IMG/VR virus record: IMGVR_UViG_2711768013_000002
DNA from: a virus
Taxonomy: Duplodnaviria > Heunggongvirae > Uroviricota > Caudoviricetes
Length of the DNA stretch: 6,151 bases
Strand: one strand, 5' to 3'
Below are positions 1-6,151 of this stretch, one piece after another; within the stretch, counting starts at the first letter, position 1, and each line of letters opens with the position of its first letter. Made by a program: the position numbers and the translations under genes. Below the pieces are notes generated by a model, which worked only from the letters and a program-made list of their open reading frames with translations, made no database searches and had not been told where the DNA came from.

Positions 1-422
1 CAGCTCACCGTCGAACACTTTCCCGCAGAAACAGGCTCTGCAGGCCCGGCGTCCTCTGCCTGTTCAGGAGCATCATTCACCACAAACTCATACATACCGG
101 ACAGCCGGTACACCACGTTTTCAGCATGAGAAATTGCCTCTGTGGGCCAGGTGGTAAGCACTTCCTGCTCAATCTGTTTAACGGCTTCATTCATGGACGG
201 CATCTGCGTCTTCTTCGGATGGTTATGCCACAGGGACATCGCAACCACAAAAGCGCCGGTTCTGATGGCGTCTTCCACAGTAAACTTCCGGTTGCTGTCT
301 GACTCCGCCTGTTCTGCCTGCCGTTTCATCAGGTCGAGATGCTCAATACGCTGCAGGGCTGACAGTTCAGAAAGCGTGACGGTCACACCGTTATGTTCAA
401 ATGATTCGGTTTTCAGGAACAT
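1..422 (-). CDS. G: Tail assembly chaperone G (lambda gpG-like). ATG at 422-420; coding runs to position 3 and the stop codon straddles the window edge.
   Basis: Minus-strand translation from the ATG at 422 reads MFLKTESFEHNGVTVTLSELSALQRIEHLDLMKRQAEQAESDSNRKF...PVSAGKCSTVS, which I recognise as gpG. A GGAG Shine-Dalgarno lies in the 15-nt spacer after the V stop. Not listed in the ORF track because the stop is cut by the window edge. Confidence 0.88.
   Translation of the reverse strand, partial: MFLKTESFEHNGVTVTLSELSALQRIEHLDLMKRQAEQAESDSNRKFTVEDAIRTGAFVVAMSLWHNHPKKTQMPSMNEAVKQIEQEVLTTWPTEAISHAENVVYRLSGMYEFVVNDAPEQAEDAGPAEPVSAGKCSTVS
18..24 (-). promoter_or_regulatory. G GGA AAG slippery heptamer for the -1 programmed ribosomal frameshift that produces the G-T fusion (T lies outside the window).
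   Basis: Plus strand 18-24 is ctttccc, so the minus strand reads GGGAAAG in the G frame as G|GGA|AAG (codons ..A-G-K-C-S-T-V-S at the C-terminus of G). This position and sequence match the known lambda G/GT frameshift site. Confidence 0.75.
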
Positions 423-437
423 CGCTGACTCTCCGGA

Positions 438-1178
438 TTAACTGGCGGTGACGTTGATTTCTGCAACCGCAGCAAACTCACCATTACCAGATACGACCGG
501 AATGTTGACCTTGCCTGCAGCAACACCTTTCACGGTGATGGTCATACCACTGACCGACACGGTGGCTTTTGTTTTATCCGCAGACACCGCACGGAAGCTC
601 TTGTCGGTTGCGCCATCCGGCTGGAATGCCACGGTCAGCGTGGTGCTCTGCCCTTTCACTACGGAAGCACTGGCGGGTGTCACCGTCATGCCGGTCGTCG
701 CCGTCACCGTGCTGCGATCTTCTGCCATCGACGGACGTCCCACATTGGTGACCTTCACCGTGCGGGTAATCACCTCCTTCGCCGTCACCGCCTTACCGAT
801 ACTGCTGACCCAGCCACGGAACACATCGACCGTGCCGTTCGGGAAGCGGATTTTATAGGCACGGGTATCACCTTCATTAAACCACGCCAGCAGCGCCTGC
901 TGCCCCTGCTCTCCGGGCATCCACGCCAGCGTGAAGCTGGTATCTCCGGCAGATTTCTGCCCCTGCCCGGTCGCAGTCCAGTCCGCATCTTCATCATCGA
1001 GATAGCTGTCGTCATAGGACTCAGCGGTCAGTTCGCCGGGCGTCAGGTCTTTAACTTTTGCCAGACGCGACCAGTCAACGTCTGAAAGCGGGTTCGCATA
1101 AGGGTCACCGCTCCCCTTATAAACCCACAGGGTGGTCCCGGCACCTTTCACCGGCATTGTAGGATTTGGTACAGGCAT
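438..1178 (-). CDS. V: Major tail tube protein V (246 aa) with a C-terminal Ig-like domain.
   Basis: The ORF track entry 438..1208 contains [45 protein letters not shown]..., recognisable as gpV. I trimmed the start to the ATG at 1178-1176 (residue 11 of the track ORF), which gives 246 aa and sits 7 nt after the U stop with a GAGGA Shine-Dalgarno. Stop TAA at 440-438. Confidence 0.93.
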   Translation of the reverse strand: MPVPNPTMPVKGAGTTLWVYKGSGDPYANPLSDVDWSRLAKVKDLTPGELTAESYDDSYLDDEDADWTATGQGQKSAGDTSFTLAWMPGEQGQQALLAWFNEGDTRAYKIRFPNGTVDVFRGWVSSIGKAVTAKEVITRTVKVTNVGRPSMAEDRSTVTATTGMTVTPASASVVKGQSTTLTVAFQPDGATDKSFRAVSADKTKATVSVSGMTITVKGVAAGKVNIPVVSGNGEFAAVAEINVTAS

Positions 1179-1185
1179 AGCGTCC

Positions 1186-1338
1186 TCACATTTCATAGAT
1201 AATGACATAAGTCAGATCGGCTGAACTCCACAGGCCCGCATCATCGTCGCGCCGGTAGTCATAGCCGCTGGCCACCATACTGGTGATCAAATCTGACAGT
1301 GCCGGGATATCGCTCATCACAGGATAAATCCGGGACTC
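1186..1338 (-). CDS. U: Tail tube terminator protein U, C-terminal fragment only (51 codons plus stop); the N-terminal part is lost in the N-run 1339-1442.
   Basis: Manual minus-strand translation of 1338..1186 gives [50 protein letters not shown] then TGA, matching the gpU C-terminus. Absent from the ORF track because no start codon precedes it within unmasked sequence. Confidence 0.85.
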   Translation of the reverse strand, partial: ESRIYPVMSDIPALSDLITSMVASGYDYRRDDDAGLWSSADLTYVIIYEM

Positions 1339-1442
1339 NNNNNNNNNNNNNNNNNNNNNNNNNNNNNNNNNNNNNNNNNNNNNNNNNNNNNNNNNNNNNN
1401 NNNNNNNNNNNNNNNNNNNNNNNNNNNNNNNNNNNNNNNNNN
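1339..1442. other. Run of 104 N (masked or unresolved sequence) covering the Z 3' end, the Z/U overlap and the U 5' part.
   Basis: Directly visible as n characters. The flanks encode the Z C-terminal region (..LRMVI) on one side and U residues from about 81 on the other. Confidence 0.99.
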
Positions 1443-1847
1443 TATTACCATTCTCAGTTGATGCTGCAGCGCATAGCCCAGCTCTTTCGGAAGACGTTCA
1501 CGCCGTATCCGTTCAATATTCTGTTTAAACGCCGTGGTCAGCGGCACCGCCATCGGGATTTTCACCACATCAATGGGGTAACGGTTTTTCCCGGCCACAC
1601 GCTGCATGACATGCCACCGGCCATTTTTCAGTTGCTGAATAAACGCGCCGGGAATACGACGGTTACCCACCACAAGCACGCTGCCGCCACCTTTCAGGGA
1701 TGAACGCTGCCCCTTTTTATGACGCCTGCGGCGGGACAGGACAACCCGCGCATTACCCAGCTTGATTACGGGCANNNNNNNNNNNNNNNNNNNNNTGCTG
1801 ATACGGCTGAGGTTTTCAACGGCCTGCTCAAGACCTTTTATGGCCAT
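1443..1847 (-). CDS. Z: Tail assembly protein Z, interrupted by the N-run 1775-1795 and truncated at the 3' end by the N-run starting at 1442.
   Basis: ATG at 1847-1845, preceded by an AAGGGGGA Shine-Dalgarno in the 11-nt spacer after the FII stop. Translation reads MAIKGLEQAVENLSRIS[gap]PVIKLGNARVVLSRRRR..KNGRWHVMQRVAGKNRYPIDVVKIPMAVPLTTAFKQNIERIRRERLPKELGYALQHQLRMVI, recognisable as gpZ. Confidence 0.88.
1775..1795. other. Run of 21 N inside Z.
   Basis: Directly visible. The Z reading frame is the same on both flanks. Confidence 0.99.
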
Positions 1848-1858
1848 ACATCCCCCTT

Positions 1859-2212
1859 TCAGCGGCGACGGTTAACGGCAGGCGGTACGCCCCGTCCAAG
1901 CCAGAGATGACAACTTCCGCCATCATCCGGCGAAACCCGATCTACCCAGAAATTTTCCTCACCGATGGTCAGCGTGTCTCCACGCCGCAGCTGCCGCACC
2001 TCATCAGTCCGGACAAACAGGGACGGGCTGGAGCCTTCAACGCGCACGCCCTGTCCGGCATAGCTGATATTTTCAGGGTCATCAAAAACACCACGTATCA
2101 CCGCACCTGACTGCTCACCGGATGTCATGGTGGCTGACGTTCCCATGTACCCGCGTATCGTTTCATCGGCGCGGGCAATGGCAGCATCGAACAGGTTATC
2201 GAAATCAGCCAC
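1859..2212 (-). CDS. FII: Head-tail joining (head completion) protein FII, 117 aa, apparently initiated at GTG.
   Basis: Translation (M)ADFDNLFDAAIARADETIRGYMGTSATMTSGEQSGAVIRGVFDDPENISYAGQGVRVEGSS... is recognisable as gpFII. The start codon at 2212-2210 is cac on the plus strand, i.e. GTG on the minus strand, preceded by a GGGAGG Shine-Dalgarno in the 11-nt spacer after the FI stop. Stop TGA at 1861-1859. Confidence 0.9.
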   Translation of the reverse strand: MADFDNLFDAAIARADETIRGYMGTSATMTSGEQSGAVIRGVFDDPENISYAGQGVRVEGSSPSLFVRTDEVRQLRRGDTLTIGEENFWVDRVSPDDGGSCHLWLGRGVPPAVNRRR

Positions 2213-2223
2213 AGCGCCTCCCG

Positions 2224-2622
2224 TTATTGCATTCTGGCCAGGCCGCGCTCTGTCATTTCGGCTGCCACACCGGCAGAGACACGAAACGCCGTTCCCGGCA
2301 GCACAAATGCCACAGGTTTATCCCGCGTGGCGTGAAGTGCATCAGTATGCAGCGTCACCAGTGCCACGACCGTGACCAGTTCAGCCGTATCCTGAATCAC
2401 GGTATCCGGCTGCGCTGATACCACCTCATTTTCATGCCCGGTCAGCACATTTTCCCGGCTGAGAGGGGTGTCCTGACCGGCAGTTTCATCCGTGTCATCA
2501 AGCTCTTCTTCCAGCTCTGCCACACGAAGCGCCAGTTCTTCTTTCGTTCCCGTCAAACTGACATCGCGGTTCAATTGCTCACCCAGCTCCTGAAGACGGG
2601 CAATCAGTTCATCTTTCGTCAT
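2224..2622 (-). CDS. FI: DNA packaging / head assembly protein FI (132 aa).
   Basis: The track ORF 2224..2661 contains MTKDELIARLQELGEQLNRDVSLTGTKEELALRVAELEEELDDTDETAGQDTPLSRENVLTGHENEV..., recognisable as gpFI. I trimmed the start to the ATG at 2622-2620, which has a GGAGGAG Shine-Dalgarno immediately upstream (plus strand 2626-2634 ctcctccac) and gives 132 aa. Confidence 0.9.
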   Translation of the reverse strand: MTKDELIARLQELGEQLNRDVSLTGTKEELALRVAELEEELDDTDETAGQDTPLSRENVLTGHENEVVSAQPDTVIQDTAELVTVVALVTLHTDALHATRDKPVAFVLPGTAFRVSAGVAAEMTERGLARMQ

Positions 2623-2632
2623 GAACTCCTCC

Positions 2633-2661
2633 ACAGAGAGAAAATGGCCCCGAAGGGCCAT
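2633..2661 (-). terminator. Stem-loop immediately after the E stop: 7-bp stem with a UUCG loop followed by a U/C-rich tract. Candidate partial intrinsic terminator or mRNA-stabilising hairpin.
   Basis: Plus strand 2644-2661 is ATGGCCC CGAA GGGCCAT, a perfect inverted repeat. On the mRNA (minus) strand this is AUGGCCC-UUCG-GGGCCAU followed by UUUCUCUCUGUGG. It begins 2 nt after the E stop codon (2664-2666). Confidence 0.4.
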
Positions 2662-2663
2662 GA

Positions 2664-3689
2664 TTACGCCAGTTGAACGGACACGAACTCATCAGGATCA
2701 GCCAGCAGCATCAGCGGTGCTGACTGAATCATGGTGAACTCACGCGCCGGATCGCCGGTGGTCACCCAGTTTTTCGGGTAACGGGCAGAAGCGTTAATGC
2801 CTTCGCGCTGTGCGTCCGCATCCTGAATGCAGCCATAGGTGCGCAGACCGCGAGCCTGAGTGTTCCCCAGCACCATCGTGTTGTCCGGCAGGAAGTTCTT
2901 TTTGACGCCGTTTTCCACGTACTGTCCGGAATACACGACGATGGCCACATCGCCATACATTCCCTTATAGGACACCGCTTTGCCCAGGTCTTTTACCGCT
3001 GTCTCCAGCTCGGAATGAGAGCCGCGACGGGTATCCAGCTTCTCCTTGACGGCTTTGAAGGAACGGAACAGCGCCCAGCCTTTCGGATCGAACACGATGA
3101 TATTCACCACACCGCTGGCGTTCAGCGCGTAGGCTTCGATATCGTCGGTCGGGTCATACGTGGACTTGTCACGCTTGCTCCACTCCGTACCGCCGGACTG
3201 CGTGATGTTGTTCGCCGCACTGCGGCCCATATCCACCTCAACCGGATCGAAGGCTTCACCGGTCATGGTGTATTTGCCCTTGAGCACGGCAGAAACTGCC
3301 TGCATCTCTTCGACCTGAGCAATGGCCAGCTCTTCGTCACGCATGTTCTGCATGATGATGCGACGGCGGCGGTAAGCCGGGTCCGCCAGATTCTGCGGAT
3401 CTTCATCCGGCAGGCGACGCAGGGTCATCTGCGGATTCACCTCATGCTTGGGTTTGACATATCCCGGCGTAAATTCAGAGGTGGAGCCGCCACGGGAACG
3501 GATAACCTCACCGGAAACAATCGGCGAAACGTACAGCGCCATGTTTACCAGTCCCGGAATTTGTGAGAGATAGACTTTCTCCGTGGTGAAGGGATAGCTC
3601 TCACGGAAAAAGAGACGCAGAAACAGCGGATCAAACTTAAATTTCTGCTCATTTGCCGCCAGCAGCTGGGCGGTTGTGTACATCGACAT
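2664..3689 (-). CDS. E: Major capsid protein E (341 aa).
   Basis: The track ORF 2664..3716 contains MSMYTTAQLLAANEQKFKFDPLFLRLFFRESYPFTTEKVYLSQIPGLVNMALYVSPIVSGEVIRSRGG... ending ..ADPDEFVSVQLA, recognisable as gpE. I trimmed the start to the ATG at 3689-3687 (341 aa). Stop TAA at 2666-2664. Confidence 0.95.
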   Translation of the reverse strand: MSMYTTAQLLAANEQKFKFDPLFLRLFFRESYPFTTEKVYLSQIPGLVNMALYVSPIVSGEVIRSRGGSTSEFTPGYVKPKHEVNPQMTLRRLPDEDPQNLADPAYRRRRIIMQNMRDEELAIAQVEEMQAVSAVLKGKYTMTGEAFDPVEVDMGRSAANNITQSGGTEWSKRDKSTYDPTDDIEAYALNASGVVNIIVFDPKGWALFRSFKAVKEKLDTRRGSHSELETAVKDLGKAVSYKGMYGDVAIVVYSGQYVENGVKKNFLPDNTMVLGNTQARGLRTYGCIQDADAQREGINASARYPKNWVTTGDPAREFTMIQSAPLMLLADPDEFVSVQLA

Positions 3690-3702
3690 AAAAAAATCCC
3701 GT

Positions 3703-3723
3703 AAAAAAAGCCACACAGGCGGC
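3703..3723 (-). terminator. Short hairpin followed by U7 in the D-E intergenic spacer. Weak terminator-like or attenuator-like element.
   Basis: The minus-strand RNA reads GCCGC-CUGU-GUGGC (5-bp stem including one G:U pair; plus strand 3710-3723) followed directly by UUUUUUU (plus strand 3703-3709 aaaaaaa). A second U-run (plus 3690-3696) sits immediately before the E ATG. Confidence 0.3.
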
Positions 3724-3744
3724 CTTTAGTGATGAAGGGTAAAG

Positions 3745-4077
3745 TTAAACGATGCTGATTGCCGTTCCGGCAAACACGGTCCGTTTTTTCGTCTCGTCGC
3801 TGGCAGCCTCCGGCCAGAGCACATCCTCATAACGGAACGTGCCGGACTTGTAGAACGTCAGTGTGGTGCTGGTCTGGTCAGCAGCAACCGCAAGAATGCC
3901 AACGGCAGCACCGTCGGTGGTGCCATCCCACGCAACCAGCTTACGGGTGGAGGTGTCCAGCATCAGCGGGGTCATTGCAGGCGCTTTCGCACTCAATCCG
4001 CCGGGCGCGGTTGCGGTATGAGCCGGGTCACTGTTGCCCAGCGGCTGGTAATGGGTAAAGGTTTCTTTGCTCGTCAT
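3745..4077 (-). CDS. D: Head decoration protein D (110 aa).
   Basis: The track ORF 3745..4083 contains [98 protein letters not shown]..., recognisable as gpD. I used the ATG at 4077-4075 (110 aa, 9 nt after the C stop). An alternative in-frame ATG at 4083-4081 would add two residues (MF). Confidence 0.92.
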   Translation of the reverse strand: MTSKETFTHYQPLGNSDPAHTATAPGGLSAKAPAMTPLMLDTSTRKLVAWDGTTDGAAVGILAVAADQTSTTLTFYKSGTFRYEDVLWPEAASDETKKRTVFAGTAISIV

Positions 4078-4086
4078 AAACATCCC

Positions 4087-4692
4087 TTACACTGGTGTGT
4101 TCAGCAAATCGTTAACGGCATCAGATGCCGGGTTACCTGCAGCCAGCGGTGCCGGTGCCCCCTGCATCAGACGATCCAGCGCAGTGTCACTGCGCGTCTG
4201 TGCACTCTGTGGTGCTGCGGCCAGAATACGGCGGGCCGTTTCCACGGTCATACCGGGGGTTTCGGCCAGCACGCGTGCCTGTTCTTCGCGTCCGTGAGCC
4301 TCCTCACAGTTGAGGATCCCCATAATGCGACTGTTTTCTGCCGCAACCGCTGCGGTGATCTGCGCGTTCACGTCCGGCTGCGCCGCGCTGGCGTTCTCGC
4401 CCTCCGTCGCTTGCACCACGCCAGTAACGTCAGCCTGCGAAGCAGTGGCTGAAACAGTTGTTGATTGAGTCTCTTTGGTCATTCGCCCTCCTGAGAGACG
4501 GGATTTACGTGCATCCAGTGCATCACGCATGACGGTGATCGCATCGGTACTGTTAACAAGTTCATCAGCCAGTCCGGCATCAATGGCCTCCTGACCGCTG
4601 TACACTGCAGCCTCGGTATCCAGCACAGCCTGCACGGACAGGCCGGTATATGCCGACACCTTCTGTGCAAACATCCGGCGGGTTGCATCCAT
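4087..4692 (-). CDS. Nu3: Scaffolding protein Nu3, an in-frame internal start nested in the 3' third of C (201 aa).
   Basis: An in-frame ATG at 4692-4690 gives MDATRRMFAQKVSAYTGLSVQAVLDTEAAVYSGQEAIDAGLADELVNSTDAITVMRDALDARKSRLSGG...NDLLNTPV, sharing the C stop. Nested C/Nu3 organisation is established for lambda. The position is assigned by colinearity with lambda coordinates as I remember them. Confidence 0.75.
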   Translation of the reverse strand: MDATRRMFAQKVSAYTGLSVQAVLDTEAAVYSGQEAIDAGLADELVNSTDAITVMRDALDARKSRLSGGRMTKETQSTTVSATASQADVTGVVQATEGENASAAQPDVNAQITAAVAAENSRIMGILNCEEAHGREEQARVLAETPGMTVETARRILAAAPQSAQTRSDTALDRLMQGAPAPLAAGNPASDAVNDLLNTPV

Positions 4693-5253
4693 CCGGGACT
4701 GCAGTGTTTCCCGGACGTCATCCGGTAGATGGCTGTAGGGGTTGCCATCCACCTTATGGCTGCCGCTGTAAATCAGCGTGATTTCCACGCCCTGTTTCTC
4801 CAGCGCAGCGCCGTAATTACTGTGAGCCATCATGACGCCGATGGAGCCTGTCCGGGCGGTCTGCGTGACCAGACGCCGGGAGGCGGCACTGGCAAGCAGC
4901 TGACCTGCGCTGCAGTTCATGTCATTGGCCAGCGCCCATACCGGCTTTATGTCACGCACACGGGCGATGATGTCAGCGCAGTCAAATGCTCCCGCCACCA
5001 TTCCGCCCGGTGTGTCCATATCGAGCAGAATGCCGTCCACCATCGGGTCGCTGGCAGCCTGTTGCAGACGGGCGATAATGCCGTTGTAACCGGTCATCCC
5101 CGAGTACGGCTGCAGCGCCCGCGTCCGGCTGACCAGCGTGCCGGACACCGGCAGCACGGCGATGCCGTTCATTACCTGATAACTGCGGGCCTGTCGTGGT
5201 CCGTCATCATCACCGGATAACGCCAGCGCCGCGGGTGCCTCTCCGGCAGTCAG
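4087..5253 (-). CDS. C: Head protease / minor capsid protein C, S49 (SppA/ClpP-like) serine peptidase family. 3' portion only; the N-terminal region and the B/C overlap fall in the N-run 5254-5308.
   Basis: Translation downstream of the N-run reads LTAGEAPAALALSGDDDGPRQARSYQVMNGIAVLPVSGTLVSRTRALQPYSGMTGYNGIIARLQQAASDPMVDGILLDMDTPGGMVAGAFDCADIIARVRDIKPVWALANDMNCSAGQLLASAASRR..., recognisable as gpC. The 83 residues the track shows upstream of the X-run belong to a different frame and are not part of C. Stop TAA at 4089-4087. Confidence 0.9.
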   Translation of the reverse strand: MTAGEAPAALALSGDDDGPRQARSYQVMNGIAVLPVSGTLVSRTRALQPYSGMTGYNGIIARLQQAASDPMVDGILLDMDTPGGMVAGAFDCADIIARVRDIKPVWALANDMNCSAGQLLASAASRRLVTQTARTGSIGVMMAHSNYGAALEKQGVEITLIYSGSHKVDGNPYSHLPDDVRETLQSRMDATRRMFAQKVSAYTGLSVQAVLDTEAAVYSGQEAIDAGLADELVNSTDAITVMRDALDARKSRLSGGRMTKETQSTTVSATASQADVTGVVQATEGENASAAQPDVNAQITAAVAAENSRIMGILNCEEAHGREEQARVLAETPGMTVETARRILAAAPQSAQTRSDTALDRLMQGAPAPLAAGNPASDAVNDLLNTPV

Positions 5254-5308
5254 NNNNNNNNNNNNNNNNNNNNNNNNNNNNNNNNNNNNNNNNNNNNNNN
5301 NNNNNNNN
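5254..5308. other. Run of 55 N covering the portal B 3' end and the C 5' end.
   Basis: Directly visible. The B frame enters from the 5309 side (..MLIEAGLSTY) and the C frame exits on the 5253 side (LTAGEAP..). Confidence 0.99.
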
Positions 5309-6151
5309 CGTAGGTGCTCAGTCCGGCTTCTATCAGCATCACCGCTTCCTGAACTTCTTTCAGACCATCGATGGCCATACGACCGGAGCCTATCCAGTCG
5401 CAGTTCCCCCAGGCACTGCGGGCTTCCTGAAAACTGAAGCGCGCTTTTGAAGGTAACGTCACCACGCGGCGAACGATGGCCTCTTCCAGCCAGCACAGAA
5501 ACATCTGGCTCGCCTGACGGGATGCGACGAATTTTCGCCGCCCCATAAAGTACGCCCACGACTCGTTCGCACTGGCCCGTGCCGTGGAGTAGCTCATCTG
5601 GGCGTAATTCCGGGAAAGTTGCTCATACGAGACACCCAGCCCGGCAGCGATATACCGCAACAGTGACTGCTCAAACACGGAGTAGCCGTTATCCGTGTCC
5701 TGAGCCGTCTGCAGGTTCAGTGAGTCCCCCGGCATCAGGTGCGGCACTTTTGCGCCTCCCAGACGGACCGGTGCTGCGGCGTAATACGCGGCAATTTCAC
5801 CAATCCAGCCCGTCAGCCTTTCCCGCTGCTCCTTACTGTTCGCGCCCAGAATAAAATCCATCGCTGACTGCGTATCCAGCTCACTTTCAATGGTGGCGGC
5901 ATACATCGCCTTCACAATGGCGCTCTGCAGCTGCGTGTTCTGCAGCGTGTCGAGCATCTTCATCTGCTCCATTACGCTGTAAAACACATTTGCACCGCGG
6001 GTCTGCCCGTCCTCCACGGGTTCAAAAACGTGAATGAACGAGGCGCGCCCGCCGGGTAACTCACGGGGTATCCATGTCCATTTCTGCGGCATCCAGCCAG
6101 GATAGCCGTCCTCGCTGACGTAATATCCCAGCGCCGCACCGCTGTCATTAA
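5309..6151 (-). CDS. B: Portal protein B, internal fragment. The 5' end lies beyond the right window edge and the 3' end is lost in the N-run.
   Basis: The minus-strand frame is open from the window edge: NDSGAALGYYVSEDGYPGWMPQKWTWIPRELPGGRASFIHVFEPVEDGQTRGANVFYSVMEQMKMLDTLQNTQLQSAIVKAMYAATIESELDTQSAMDF...AIDGLKEVQEAVMLIEAGLSTY, recognisable as the lambda portal. The track start at 6092 is just an internal Met. Confidence 0.9.

Noticed and set aside
448-858. Plus-strand ORFs 448..858 and 569..751, and minus-strand ORF 785..1015
   Set aside because: All lie inside V, either antisense or in an alternative frame. V itself is confidently identified in the remaining frame.
1299-1910. Plus-strand ORFs 1299..1703, 1719..1910 and 1907..2110
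   Set aside because: Antisense to U, Z and FII, and partly composed of N-derived X residues.
2122-2676. Plus-strand ORFs 2122..2418, 2127..2375 and 2434..2676
   Set aside because: Antisense to FI and to the FII/FI junction. No recognisable protein features.
3015-3566. Plus-strand ORF of 183 aa
   Set aside because: Lies entirely antisense to the major capsid gene E. Arginine/histidine-rich low-complexity translation typical of a shadow ORF, with no ribosome-binding context noted.
4018-4452. Plus-strand ORFs 4018..4452, 4067..4297 and 4125..4313
   Set aside because: Antisense to D, C and Nu3. Cys/Arg-rich translations, overlapping one another in different frames, which is characteristic of spurious ORFs opposite a real gene.
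4479-4748. Minus-strand ORF of 89 aa in an alternative frame within C
   Set aside because: Out-of-frame overlap with a strongly supported gene. Cys/Trp-rich translation, no start context.
4729-5220. Plus-strand ORF of 163 aa
   Set aside because: Antisense to the conserved protease region of C. No independent support.
4087-5559. 490-aa minus-strand ORF in the track, suggesting an extended C protein
   Set aside because: The N-terminal 83 residues come from reading through the N-run into a frame that overlaps portal B. The real C start is masked.
5196-5854. Plus-strand ORFs 5196..5450 and 5579..5854
   Set aside because: Antisense to portal B and to the B/C junction, one spanning the N-run. 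No support.
1-6151. Search for CRISPR repeats, tRNA, integrase or transposase, and toxin-antitoxin or defence cargo
   Set aside because: No direct-repeat arrays, tRNA-like sequence or unexplained ORFs; essentially all coding capacity is accounted for by the structural genes.

Overview
The whole window is one contiguous, minus-strand run of the classic lambda-type head and tail morphogenesis module, in the canonical order (read on the minus strand): portal B (partial) - C protease with nested scaffold Nu3 - D - E - FI - FII - Z - U - V - G. I recognise the proteins directly from the translations as lambda-like; I cannot compute identity here. Genes are tightly packed with short Shine-Dalgarno spacers and no accessory cargo, defence system, CRISPR array, tRNA or mobile element is visible. 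I therefore do not find a previously undescribed system in this window. Three N-runs (1339-1442, 1775-1795, 5254-5308) interrupt U/Z, Z and the B/C junction, and appear to be placeholders shorter than the sequence they replace. Points worth a second look are two stem-loops bracketing the major capsid gene E, the G/G-T frameshift heptamer at the left edge, and a GTG start on FII. All plus-strand ORFs in the track are antisense shadows of these genes.
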